Of a stretch of 50,616 nt of DNA, positions 18,228 to 28,266 are shown piece by piece. The DNA is taken from the NCBI GenBank assembly GCA_039630575.1, contig JBCNUW010000015.1, positions 1 through 50,616 on the forward strand, given 5' to 3'. This stretch comes from Candidatus Hydrothermales bacterium (lineage in GTDB: Bacteria > Hydrothermota > Hydrothermia > Hydrothermales > JAJRUZ01). The position numbers were made by a program, and so were the translations under genes. Every line of letters starts with the position of its first letter. The first letter of the stretch is position 1. Below the pieces are notes generated by a model, which was not told the DNA's origin, made no database searches, and saw only the letters and a program-made list of their open reading frames with translations.

Positions 18228-19342
18228 TTTAAAATTATAAATTTAAATTTACGTTCATCTGAATTCATAAAATAAATACCACTTTTTAAATTTTTTAAAC
18301 TATTTTCTTTTCCTGTAATGTCTAGTACTTTTTCTTTAAAACCTTTTAAATTCTTTCTATGAGGAAAGGTAGAAAAATAAATTTTTCTTTTATTTACCTT
18401 TTCTACTTCATTTACATTTACATTTATCCAAGTGTTTCCACCATCATTGGTAAAAAATATGGCATCCTCTCCTGAAGCGACTCCGTGAAGTGAATCGAGA
18501 AAATCTATGTCAAAAAGTGTATGCTCACCTCCTACATTCTGTAATACCCATGTGTTACCACCATCCTCTGTTTTTATTATCGTTCCAAACCTACCGCATG
18601 CCCAGCCTTTGTTCTCTGAAACAAAATGAACCGCCCTTAAGTAATATCCTGGAGGTATTATCTGTGTCCAAGTAAAACCACCATCTTCTGTTTTCAAAAT
18701 TACTGGTGAAATTGTATCTGAATCATTACCACCAACAACTATTCCTTTTTGCTCATTGAAAAACCATATGTCAAATAAATCGAAACCGTTAGCCTCTAAC
18801 AAAGTATTCCATGTAAATCCTCCATCAACTGATTTTGCCACATAACCTGGGGTCCCAAATTCTGTAGGAAGTCCAGAACATATAAATCCTATCTGGGGAC
18901 TTATAAAATGAATTCCATAAAAGTCTACACCCATAAACTGAGTGAAAACTATATTCCAAGTTTGGCCACCGTTAGATGTAACGAACACGGTGTAATCACC
19001 AGCTGCCCCATATCCGTGTAGTTGATCAAGAAACTGGATTCTTGCTACCCACTTAGTATAACCTATCCATTGTAAAGACCAGGTTAATCCACCATCTTGA
19101 GTATGTCTTATCTCTCCAAGTCTACCACCAGTCCACCCCCTCAAGGAATCTATAAAAAATATATCGAAAAGTCCCCTCTGAGTACCAGGGTTTATGTATA
19201 ACCAGTTTAAACCCCCATCTTCAGTGTACATTATAAATACTGAATCATAAACTGCAATCCAGGCTTCTCCTCTTTTAAAACCATAATCACACCCTCTATA
19301 GTTATAATTTACTATGTTTAAAATAAAGATAATTCTTATCAT
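18224..19342 (-). CDS. YCF48-like Asp-box beta-propeller protein with short T9SS-type tail
   Basis: Seven (T/S)x(D/N)GGx(T/N)W boxes; C-terminus LDITGK...SGIYFM...KFIILK. Confidence 0.85.
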   Translation of the reverse strand: MIRIIFILNIVNYNYRGCDYGFKRGEAWIAVYDSVFIMYTEDGGLNWLYINPGTQRGLFDIFFIDSLRGWTGGRLGEIRHTQDGGLTWSLQWIGYTKWVARIQFLDQLHGYGAAGDYTVFVTSNGGQTWNIVFTQFMGVDFYGIHFISPQIGFICSGLPTEFGTPGYVAKSVDGGFTWNTLLEANGFDLFDIWFFNEQKGIVVGGNDSDTISPVILKTEDGGFTWTQIIPPGYYLRAVHFVSENKGWACGRFGTIIKTEDGGNTWVLQNVGGEHTLFDIDFLDSLHGVASGEDAIFFTNDGGNTWINVNVNEVEKVNKRKIYFSTFPHRKNLKGFKEKVLDITGKENSLKNLKSGIYFMNSDERKFKFIILK

Positions 19343-19354
19343 CTTATCCCCCTT

Positions 19355-22300
19355 TTAGAATTTGATGAATTTATGTGTTATTTGATTATCACATTTTAGA
19401 ATAACAAAGTAAACACCCTGTTTTTTTATTTCCAATTCAAAAGTATGAATCCCTGAATTTATTTTACCTCTATAAATTTCATCTATTTTTCTACCACTTA
19501 CATCCATCAAAAAAAGAGCTATGTTTTTGTTTGAATTTGAATTAAAAACTATTTTTATCCTTTTGCTAAAAATATTTTGATAAACTCTTAAGATTAAATT
19601 TTCTTTTTCATCTTTTTTAACCTCCTCTACAACAACAGGATGACAATTAAATCCTTTCACTTTGTGAATATATCCCCTAACTGATGCACGAGGCTCAGCA
19701 ATCCAATAATCTCCAGTAATTGGATCATATTCTATTCCTCTGATATTCATATTGAGTTTGAACTTTCTACCAGTAGGTGTATAATTTATCCTGTTCCATT
19801 CATATACATAGGTACTATCAAAATTATTTCCACTTAAAAATATTCTAACATTTATAAGCGTTCCTCCATTTTGACCGATCTTGTCAAAACATATACCTCT
19901 TACTCCACCTCCAGGATAGGGAAGGGTATAAGTTCCAACTATACTTCCATTTGATGGATTAACCTTGTACAGTATGTTTGTACTATATTCACTTATCCAG
20001 AGATATTGACCATCATAACAAAGACCTGCTGCATCTTGAGCAGGAGAAGAAAACTCTTGAATTATCTGTCCGTTCATATTTATTCTGTAAATTCTATCTG
20101 ATCCTCTATTGTTGACCCATAAAGTCTGTGTAAGGGAATCAAAACTTATATCGTAAACATTAGTTCCACCTGGAGCTGGAATCGAAGTAATGTAGGATCC
20201 GTTGTTCGGATTAACTTTGTATAAATAATTGCTATAATAATCAGCTATCCATAATCCCGAACCATCGTAGGCAATACCAGTTATCCAACCACCAACTTGC
20301 ATTTGAGGAGGGACCTGAAATGTATGAAGGATTGTCCCAGGCAATATACCAATTTTAATGGGAAAATACTGCTTATAAGAATAAAAATCAGCACTTATAT
20401 TTAATGAACAAGGGAATACATGATAACAAGGAATACTTATATCTGACTTTATTATAATAGGGTCACTTGTGTTAACCTTAGTTGATTCTGATTTTATAGT
20501 TCCATAAGATGAAGAAGAGTCAATAACGTAAAGTAAAGGTGAAAGTGATTTTAATGAAGCTTTTACATTGTATGCATTCTGTGATCCAAGATTTTTTAAA
20601 TATAAGAAAAACTTTACCTTTTCTCCTGGTTCCCATGTGTTGTTTCCATTACCTATGGGTGTTTCATCGGAAATTGAATCTCTTACAACTATAAGATTAA
20701 TTGCATTTACTTTTAAATTCAAATTAAAACTCCAAGAATTACCACCCGAATCAAAAAAAATCATATTTAAGGGTATATTATAGCCATCAGGACAAGAAGA
20801 TGAAACATGAAAGGAAAATGCTGATAAATCCCATCTGATACTATCAGGCATTACATTTCCAAAAGAGGCTAATGAGTCAATTAAATTTATAAGGGGCGAG
20901 TTTATTCTTACTTTTCCACTCAATGAATTTGCAGTCTGATTCCCTGTGTTTTTTACTCCAACTGCAAGAGTCACATTTTCTCCTGGATTTATTAGCCCAT
21001 TACCATTTTCGTCAAATATTATATGGGAATGATAGTTTATGTAAGGACCTTCATATGAAACAACATAGATTTCACTCTCCCAAGGAAGGTAGTTAAACTT
21101 TGTAACTGTTAAATATAAAGTACAAGGAGTTAACTGGGGTAAACTAAAAGTAATTTTACCACTCTGATTTGTTTCACCAACAAGATATATTAAATTGTTT
21201 TTATGAGTTATACAAACTTTTGCTCTATAAACAGGTGAAAGAGTATTTGATTCCCTAACATTTACTTCAAGAGATAAAGGTACACTAATCGGATTCTGAT
21301 AATTTACAACAAAACTTTTAGGCGGTTTTGTCCATATATTCAACTCGGGATCTCCGAGTAATTGCCATGACATCACTTCTTTTGCATTTCCTGTTGAATC
21401 GAGGATCTGTTTTTTACCTGCCCTAAAGGCTTCACCAAGGATGAGCACTGAATCTTTATAAATCTTTTTAAAGAATCCCCTTACAAAGGCACTCCGATAA
21501 TTTGTAAGACCAAAATCAGCAGTAGTAGTTCCGAGAAATGCAACTGCGCCTTTTAAACTTGAAAGACTTCCTACCCTTAACCAAGCTTCACCTGCAAATT
21601 CCTCACCTGGAGACATTGCAACTGTCTGACAAGTTGCACTCACAATTATTGGAAGTTTGTTGTTATTTGAGACACTATAAGGATTAACATCGAAAGGAGG
21701 GTACCAGTTACTAACTCCCGATCCCCTATATAAAACAAATTCTCTCCCATCATTTACACTGTTTATAACATTCTGAGAGTTATGACCTTGATCATTTCTG
21801 AAACTATCTATTTTTGTATAACCATACTGAAGCCAGAAATTTCTAACTATTCTTGTATCTTGAAAATAGACCTGATCTGAAGCATCATAGTCTCTTCTTA
21901 CGATTGTTGTACCCCTTAAATACCAATTAGGAGTTAAAAGTGGTGTCTTTTCAAAAGAAAGTATCTTTTGAACCATCATTTCAGCTTGAGAAGCGTTTGT
22001 AAACGGTAGCCGACCAACAGCAACTTCTGGTAAAACATCGTTTACTAAATTGGAATAAAAGTGATCATGTCCCTGATATTGAGTACTCTGATCAATAGAA
22101 GGATGTGTTGGGACATACTCAACAGATCCGAACAGAAGAACATATTCAGGTTTTATTTCCCAGTTGTTATAGGCATTTACTATGTAATTTTTTATAGCAG
22201 TATACGTATTTCCTGTCTCTGATAATTTTGCAACTTTTGTGGGAATACCTTTTTTATGTTTCCATTTTGCAAGAATTAATGCCTGGTTATAGAAGTTATC

Positions 22301-22384
22301 AGGAGTTATGATAAGATATTTGGCACCATTTATCTGAGCAAAAGAAAGACCATACAAGGCTAAAATCATAAAAATTTTTTTCAT
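19355..22384 (-). CDS. C25 (gingipain-like) protein with Ig-like repeats, beta-propeller and T9SS CTD
   Basis: YLIITP, HKKG, EYVLLFG, VAVGRLP, SATC, GEAWLR, GAVAFLG, LLGDPEL; repeats GNGLINPGE and GNNTWEPGE; GIAYDGSGLW blades; DVSGRKI...GVYFV...KFIKF. SD AAGGAG. Confidence 0.88.
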   Translation of the reverse strand: MKKIFMILALYGLSFAQINGAKYLIITPDNFYNQALILAKWKHKKGIPTKVAKLSETGNTYTAIKNYIVNAYNNWEIKPEYVLLFGSVEYVPTHPSIDQSTQYQGHDHFYSNLVNDVLPEVAVGRLPFTNASQAEMMVQKILSFEKTPLLTPNWYLRGTTIVRRDYDASDQVYFQDTRIVRNFWLQYGYTKIDSFRNDQGHNSQNVINSVNDGREFVLYRGSGVSNWYPPFDVNPYSVSNNNKLPIIVSATCQTVAMSPGEEFAGEAWLRVGSLSSLKGAVAFLGTTTADFGLTNYRSAFVRGFFKKIYKDSVLILGEAFRAGKKQILDSTGNAKEVMSWQLLGDPELNIWTKPPKSFVVNYQNPISVPLSLEVNVRESNTLSPVYRAKVCITHKNNLIYLVGETNQSGKITFSLPQLTPCTLYLTVTKFNYLPWESEIYVVSYEGPYINYHSHIIFDENGNGLINPGENVTLAVGVKNTGNQTANSLSGKVRINSPLINLIDSLASFGNVMPDSIRWDLSAFSFHVSSSCPDGYNIPLNMIFFDSGGNSWSFNLNLKVNAINLIVVRDSISDETPIGNGNNTWEPGEKVKFFLYLKNLGSQNAYNVKASLKSLSPLLYVIDSSSSYGTIKSESTKVNTSDPIIIKSDISIPCYHVFPCSLNISADFYSYKQYFPIKIGILPGTILHTFQVPPQMQVGGWITGIAYDGSGLWIADYYSNYLYKVNPNNGSYITSIPAPGGTNVYDISFDSLTQTLWVNNRGSDRIYRINMNGQIIQEFSSPAQDAAGLCYDGQYLWISEYSTNILYKVNPSNGSIVGTYTLPYPGGGVRGICFDKIGQNGGTLINVRIFLSGNNFDSTYVYEWNRINYTPTGRKFKLNMNIRGIEYDPITGDYWIAEPRASVRGYIHKVKGFNCHPVVVEEVKKDEKENLILRVYQNIFSKRIKIVFNSNSNKNIALFLMDVSGRKIDEIYRGKINSGIHTFELEIKKQGVYFVILKCDNQITHKFIKF

Positions 22385-22399
22385 CTTGAATTCTCCTTT

Positions 22400-25300
22400 T
22401 TATTTAAAATAAATAAATTTTTTAATTGAAACATTTTCCCTTTCAAAAATTAAGTAAAACTGTCCACTTTTTTTAAAAATTTTTCTATCAATTTTTAAAA
22501 TTTTTACTTCACCATTACTATCAAAAATTTTTCTTCCAGTTGAATCAAAAATTTTTATTTTAAAACTTTCATTTAAATTTATAGTATATGAATTCCTTAT
22601 GATAGTAGGAATAAAAATTAAATTTTCAAATTCACTTTCCTTTTCCCTTACAAAAACTTGAGGTCTGTTTGTGGTGATTAAAAAGGCTCTTCCATTTTTT
22701 ATAAGAGGAACCCCATTTGCTCTTTTTTTATTAAAAGAAATTTGTATTCCATCGTGACTTTCAGGAGATTCAAAACCTATTGTGGAGTAATTATGTGTTG
22801 AATCATCATCTTTTATTTTTAAATACTGAATTTTTATTATGCCATCTCCTGTCTGTGTTTGGTAATAGTTCGGATCATACAAAATTATTTGAAATGTTAC
22901 GAGATCACCTTTTAAATGATTCTGATAATTATGAATATGTTGAACTCTACTCCATTCAATTATAAAGAAATGATTTTGTGTATCATTATATATATAAACA
23001 TCACGACTCGAATCACTAACTTCTGGATCCAAATCATCCCAGAAAGAGGAAACAAAACCATCTGGAAGGCTTTTTGAAGGTATTGGCCAATTATAAGGAT
23101 CTGAAACATTTGAACTCCCAAAAATAATATAACCATTATCTGAAACTGAAATTTTATCATAATTGATTCCATAATATTTAAAATTAAAAGGTAAATTAAC
23201 TATTTTTGTTGTATCATTTTTCATATTTAAAGGAATTCCACTACCTCCAAAAGCAGGGTCAATCTCAATCCATGAAAATGAAGGTCTATTTGAAAATATG
23301 GTATCTTCATCATCAATAACATAGTAACCATACTTTGATGGTCCTGTTGCATTTAATGGATCTGGAGCACAGACTTTTAAATTAAAATTAGATTTTCCAT
23401 AACCTTCATTTTGAGTATTCCAGAAAAGTTCAAATTTAATTTCTTCACCAGGAAAAGCATTTTGAGAAACTTCTATAAAGAAAGGATCTTGATTGTTCGA
23501 AGAAAAAGAATCAAAATTTATTTTCCCAAAATTGGAAATTGAATCAAGAATTGTTACTTTGGGACTCTGTGTTCTTAATATTCCACTTACATTATACCCT
23601 GTAAAATTACCAATATTTTTTAAATTCAAAACAAGATATTCAGTATTACCTGGTTCAGGATAAAAGTTTTCATCAATTACATAAAAACTATCGATTTTAA
23701 ACTTAGGGGCATAAACTTTAGAGTTTATATAATTACTATAAAAACCCTCATTTGAGTTAATGTTTATTTTTAATTTTAAAACATGGGAAGATGTGCATGA
23801 GGGAGAAATTTTAAATTTAAAATAAGTATTCTTTACTTCGTTAGGTTGAAAATTTCCAAGTGATTTTATAGTGTCAATTAAATTTACAAATTCATCAAAA
23901 GAAGAAAGTTTTGCAACTACATTGTTTACATCCTGGGAACCAAAATTCTTAAAGGATACATTTAACTTTATAATTTCTGAAGGTGTTAAAAGAAAATCAT
24001 TATGACCTATTGAATCCGAAAATGAAAAATTATTAATACCTATGTAGTGATTTGTTCCTACAACAGGAATACTTATAATTTGAGTATAAACATCAAAACC
24101 TCTAACCACTACAAAAAGATTCCCTGAAGTTAAAGGCTTAAAGTTCAAAAAAGCATCACCATTTTCATCTGTTAATGAAAAATCTCTTGCTTCATTTTCT
24201 TTATAAACACTTACCCAGACATCTTTTAAAGGAATACCATTTCTTTTTACATTTATCTTTACTGACGATGCTCCTATTGATAAAGAGGAAGGGAAAGTTA
24301 CATTTACACTTTTGGGAACTCCTTTGTAAGGTAAAAGTGAGGGATCACCTAAAATATTGTAAGTATGAAAGTAAAAACCCACACCAGAATCTGGGTGAGT
24401 TTGGTTTGGAATATGAGAAATTAAATTTAACTTTGCATTTAAAAGTAAAGAGGAAACAGATGGAAATGAATCTTCAGAATATCCCTTATAAAAAAACTCA
24501 TCTAAAATATTATTCTCTTTTGTATGAGTTCCACCTGAACCTGAACCTATAAATGCTATACCCCCTCTTGGATTTGTTGCAGTGCCCGCTCTTATCCACT
24601 TTTCACCAAGACACATTGGAGCGTTATCGTGAAAAGCACCTGTTAAACAGACAAAACTTGTAATTATGGGAAGTTTGAATCCATTTGAGAGGTTATCTAC
24701 ATCTAAATAAGTAAACTGAGGATAAATCCATCTTTTTGATTCACCGTCACCACCTCTGTAGTTTACAAATAAAACTCCATTGTTACAGGATGAGGTGATT
24801 TGGGAAACACCATTTGCCGTTGGTGGGTAAAAAACTGTGTCAATTACTTTAAAATAGTTTTTAATTAACAAAAATTCCCTTATCCATTTTTTTACCTTTT
24901 TTGCTGTCCATACATTTTGAGGATAGCGGGCACCTATAAAAAGACTTCTTTTATACCACATTGTATCAGAAACATAAGGGTTTTTCTCATAATTTAAAAC
25001 TTTTGATAAATATGTTAACAATTCTCCTATATTTGAAACACTTATCCTTCCAATCAAAATATCAGGAATAAAATCATCATCAACTGTTACGAACTTGTTA
25101 TCAGTTATTGCCCACGGTGAACCGTAAAAGGGTGAAATTAAATCAACATCTCCAACAAGTAAAACATACTCTGGTTTTATTGAATCATTTTGATAATGGG
25201 AAACAATAATATTTTTTATGGTTTGAGGAGACTCGCCACCCGAGATTACTTCTGTAACTACATAATATCCACACATTTTTTTCCATAATATAAAATCATT

Positions 25301-25567
25301 CATATAAGATAAAAAACTCGAATTTGTTATTATTAAAAAACCTTGTGGTTTTGGTTTTGCATTTATCATTCCCATTTTTTTATAAAAGGGATAAAAGGAA
25401 AGAGGAACTATTTTTTCATCAAGAATTATATCTTCTCTTTTTGCTTCTTCAATAAAAACATATATATCCCTTAATTTACCTATATATTCACCTTGATTAA
25501 GATGTTCTTTTTTAAAAGATAAAAATTTTGAAGTTGTTAATGTAAGAAAAATTATAAAAATGTTCAT
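22400..25567 (-). CDS. C25 (gingipain-like) protein with Ig-like repeats and T9SS-type CTD
   Basis: FLIIT, WKKMCGY, EYVLLVGD, IGRIS, SFVCLTG, CLGEKWIR, GGIAFIG, YNILGDPSL; GPSKYGY...LPFNFKYYG...FWDDL domain; IFDSTGRKI...GQFYL tail. Confidence 0.88.
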   Translation of the reverse strand: MNIFIIFLTLTTSKFLSFKKEHLNQGEYIGKLRDIYVFIEEAKREDIILDEKIVPLSFYPFYKKMGMINAKPKPQGFLIITNSSFLSYMNDFILWKKMCGYYVVTEVISGGESPQTIKNIIVSHYQNDSIKPEYVLLVGDVDLISPFYGSPWAITDNKFVTVDDDFIPDILIGRISVSNIGELLTYLSKVLNYEKNPYVSDTMWYKRSLFIGARYPQNVWTAKKVKKWIREFLLIKNYFKVIDTVFYPPTANGVSQITSSCNNGVLFVNYRGGDGESKRWIYPQFTYLDVDNLSNGFKLPIITSFVCLTGAFHDNAPMCLGEKWIRAGTATNPRGGIAFIGSGSGGTHTKENNILDEFFYKGYSEDSFPSVSSLLLNAKLNLISHIPNQTHPDSGVGFYFHTYNILGDPSLLPYKGVPKSVNVTFPSSLSIGASSVKINVKRNGIPLKDVWVSVYKENEARDFSLTDENGDAFLNFKPLTSGNLFVVVRGFDVYTQIISIPVVGTNHYIGINNFSFSDSIGHNDFLLTPSEIIKLNVSFKNFGSQDVNNVVAKLSSFDEFVNLIDTIKSLGNFQPNEVKNTYFKFKISPSCTSSHVLKLKININSNEGFYSNYINSKVYAPKFKIDSFYVIDENFYPEPGNTEYLVLNLKNIGNFTGYNVSGILRTQSPKVTILDSISNFGKINFDSFSSNNQDPFFIEVSQNAFPGEEIKFELFWNTQNEGYGKSNFNLKVCAPDPLNATGPSKYGYYVIDDEDTIFSNRPSFSWIEIDPAFGGSGIPLNMKNDTTKIVNLPFNFKYYGINYDKISVSDNGYIIFGSSNVSDPYNWPIPSKSLPDGFVSSFWDDLDPEVSDSSRDVYIYNDTQNHFFIIEWSRVQHIHNYQNHLKGDLVTFQIILYDPNYYQTQTGDGIIKIQYLKIKDDDSTHNYSTIGFESPESHDGIQISFNKKRANGVPLIKNGRAFLITTNRPQVFVREKESEFENLIFIPTIIRNSYTINLNESFKIKIFDSTGRKIFDSNGEVKILKIDRKIFKKSGQFYLIFERENVSIKKFIYFK

Positions 25568-26556
25568 TCTACTTCCTTTGATAAAACAATAATACCCCTA
25601 TCTCTATCAGCAACAAAGATATACTCTTTATTTATTTCTAAATCATAAGCATAGGATGTTTTATAAACTGCATAAATTTTCGGTTCCATTATATTTTTAA
25701 TATCAACTCCAACAACACCTGCAGCTCCACAAGCGACATACATGATATTTCCTTCACCCTTAATTTTCTGAGAATATCCTGGTAATGAAATCCTTGATAC
25801 AACATAGGGATTATTTATATCGCTTATATCAATTATAACAAGACCTCCATATCCATCAGCAACAAAAATTTTATTATCTTTAACAAATAAATCTCTTGCA
25901 TTGTTTGGTGTATCTATCCAGGAAATAATTACCTCAGAGTCAGGTACATTAGGAATAAGAGGAGGAAATATTACTACACCCATCTGTTCACAAGCAAGAT
26001 ATACGTAGTTTTCATCAGAAAATATTCCTCTTACTTTTCCAGGTGGATGGTACCTTTTTGCAAAAGAAAGATAGTAAGGAAGTCCTGATAAATCTTCAAT
26101 ATAGTAAAAGTATCCTGAAGCAACATAAAGAAAGGGTGTATCTTGAGGTGGAGAAGAAATATCATAAACATAGGAAAGCCCTTCATCGCTTGTAATGAAT
26201 TTTGGATTTTTTAAATCTTTTATATCATACACCCATATACCCTTTCGGTTTATATCGTCAAAACCTAAAAAAGCAAAGGAATTTTTCACATGTATTGATT
26301 TTGCATTATACCCTGTTTCTTCTTGAGAAATAAAAATAATTGAATCTGGTAGATGGGAAATATTTAAAATAACAAGTCCTCCTTGTCCGTTTGCTACAAA
26401 TAAAATAGAGTCTTTTAAAAAAAGACCCTGTGCGTACCCTGTTAAGGGGAACTCGAGAATTAAAGAAAATTCTTTTTCCCTAATGGGTTCTGGAAACTTT
26501 TTACAAAAGGACAAAAGTATTAAAGAAATAAAAGGTATTTTATTATATTTGAGCAT
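25564..26556 (-). CDS. LVIVD-repeat beta-propeller lipoprotein
   Basis: Lipobox-like LILLSFC; repeats VANGQGGLVILNIS, VADGYGGLVIIDISDINNP, VADRDRGIIVL. Confidence 0.85.
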   Translation of the reverse strand: MLKYNKIPFISLILLSFCKKFPEPIREKEFSLILEFPLTGYAQGLFLKDSILFVANGQGGLVILNISHLPDSIIFISQEETGYNAKSIHVKNSFAFLGFDDINRKGIWVYDIKDLKNPKFITSDEGLSYVYDISSPPQDTPFLYVASGYFYYIEDLSGLPYYLSFAKRYHPPGKVRGIFSDENYVYLACEQMGVVIFPPLIPNVPDSEVIISWIDTPNNARDLFVKDNKIFVADGYGGLVIIDISDINNPYVVSRISLPGYSQKIKGEGNIMYVACGAAGVVGVDIKNIMEPKIYAVYKTSYAYDLEINKEYIFVADRDRGIIVLSKEVE

Positions 26557-26563
26557 TTTTTAA

Positions 26564-26592
26564 ATTATACTTTTTGAGCATTTTAAATTCAA
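26564..26592 (-). promoter_or_regulatory. Sigma70-type promoter heading the long minus-strand gene run, probably leaderless
   Basis: TTGAAT (26592-26587), 17 bp, TATAAT (26569-26564), 7 nt, ATG 26556. Confidence 0.7.
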
Positions 26593-26607
26593 TTTCTTAA
26601 AGAGAAC

Positions 26608-26636
26608 TTGAAAACTTTATTTTCTTTTATTAAAAT
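26608..26636 (+). promoter_or_regulatory. Divergent sigma70-type promoter
   Basis: TTGAAA (26608-26613), 17 bp, TAAAAT (26631-26636); downstream gene has SD AAGGAGG. Confidence 0.6.
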
Positions 26637-26673
26637 AAAAAATAAGGAAAAAAAATAAGAAAAGGAGGATAAT

Positions 26674-28254
26674 ATGAGTTTTTATAAATTAATTATAATA
26701 TCACAAGTATTAAGATCAACTGCAATTTTGGAATTACCAACAGCTCAAATTCCTAAAGATCCAATTTTTTGGCAAGTTGGTACTTCTTCTTCCTTTTCTC
26801 TTGCATCAAAATATGATCCTCATGTCACTGATTTTGATTTGAGCGGCTTTGTTTCCTTCAATGGAAGATGGTTCTTAGGACTCAATGTTTTTACTTTAAA
26901 TGAAATCAGTTTTGATTTTGGAACAGTTTTAATTTCAGAAGCAGACAAGTATCCTGTTGGTATTTCTTTTGGTGTAAGAAATGTTTCTTGGAAGAAATAT
27001 ATATCATCAGTTGGTGGTGACCCTAAAGGTGGTGGAGGTTTTACCGATGATAATTCCTACATTCTAAGAAGCCCTGAAATTTTTTCTATATATGGAGTTT
27101 TAACAAGACATATAAATCAAAGTTTCATAGTTCATCTTGGGATAGGAAGAGGAGAGTTTATTGGATATGGACCAAGGAGTAAATTTTTAAATACTGATAA
27201 TTTTTTAAAGACACCTCATGAGTACTTCACCTTTGGTATTTTTGGAACTATTCAACTTCATCTTACTCCAAATTTGCATTTAGCTCTTGAAGCTGATGGT
27301 AGAGATATTAATCTTGGCTTTTTATTTGACCTTGATAAATTCAAATTTGTGGCTGAAGCACAGAAAATAGAACACTTTCTTTTTAGAGGCTACCCAAACT
27401 TTCACCCAAGAGTTAACTTTGGAATTGCTGTAACAAGCAGAATTACAATTCCAGAGGTTCAACCTGTTCCAGTTAAATTTGAGATTACAAATAAAGAAAC
27501 AAAAATGGCTGTAAAAGGTGCAGTTATTAAATTTTTACAAACTGAAATTCCAAGTATTATAACTGATGAAAAAGGGTTTGCTTCTTTAAATATAATGCCG
27601 GGAAGTTATCTTGTATCAATAACACATCCTGAATTTAAAGGGTTAAGAGCCAAGTTGAATATTAGAAAAGAAAAACCTATAACAGCAAAAATAAGATTGT
27701 CTCCTAAGGTTTCAAAGAGGGAAATTGCAGCCCAGAAAATAAAAGAAGGTGACGCTTTCTTTAAAGTTGAAAAACTCCTTGAAGCAAAGAAAGCTTATGA
27801 GCAGGCTCTCTCAATCTATCCTGAAAGTAAAACTGCTATAGAAAGACTTTCAAATGTAGAACTTGCAATCAAAAATAAGACTCTTGAATCTAAATCAAGG
27901 GCAAAGTATTTCGAAGCAAAGGGAGACTATAAAAGTGCAATCAGTTACTATAAAGAAGTTTTAACATTTTCCCCAGATGATCAAGAAGCAAAGACTAAAA
28001 TTGATGAACTTGAGAAGAAACTACAAGAACCGCAACCAGAGAAAAAGGTAGTTAAAAAACCTGAACCGACAAGACCGACAAAAGAACAGTTAGAAAATAC
28101 CTTAAACAGAGCTATTCAACAATTTAAGGCTGGCAATTATAAAGAAGCTAAAAAATTATTACAAGAAGTACTCAAATGGGATCCTTCTAATCCTCAGGCT
28201 CAAGATTATTTAAAAAGAACTGAAGCAAGACTTAAAGTTTTAGGAGAAAAGTAG
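26674..28254 (+). CDS. Envelope protein: N-terminal beta-strand-rich (YjbH-like) region, carboxypeptidase-regulatory-like domain, TPR repeats
   Basis: ILELPTA N-terminus, FGIFG..LALEADGRDINLG strands; TDEKGFA...PGSYLVSITHPEF; TPRs EAKKAYEQALSIYP, SAISYYKEVLTFSP, EAKKLLQEVLKWDP. Confidence 0.7.
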   Translation: MSFYKLIIISQVLRSTAILELPTAQIPKDPIFWQVGTSSSFSLASKYDPHVTDFDLSGFVSFNGRWFLGLNVFTLNEISFDFGTVLISEADKYPVGISFGVRNVSWKKYISSVGGDPKGGGGFTDDNSYILRSPEIFSIYGVLTRHINQSFIVHLGIGRGEFIGYGPRSKFLNTDNFLKTPHEYFTFGIFGTIQLHLTPNLHLALEADGRDINLGFLFDLDKFKFVAEAQKIEHFLFRGYPNFHPRVNFGIAVTSRITIPEVQPVPVKFEITNKETKMAVKGAVIKFLQTEIPSIITDEKGFASLNIMPGSYLVSITHPEFKGLRAKLNIRKEKPITAKIRLSPKVSKREIAAQKIKEGDAFFKVEKLLEAKKAYEQALSIYPESKTAIERLSNVELAIKNKTLESKSRAKYFEAKGDYKSAISYYKEVLTFSPDDQEAKTKIDELEKKLQEPQPEKKVVKKPEPTRPTKEQLENTLNRAIQQFKAGNYKEAKKLLQEVLKWDPSNPQAQDYLKRTEARLKVLGEK

Positions 28255-28266
28255 AAAAACACTTAT

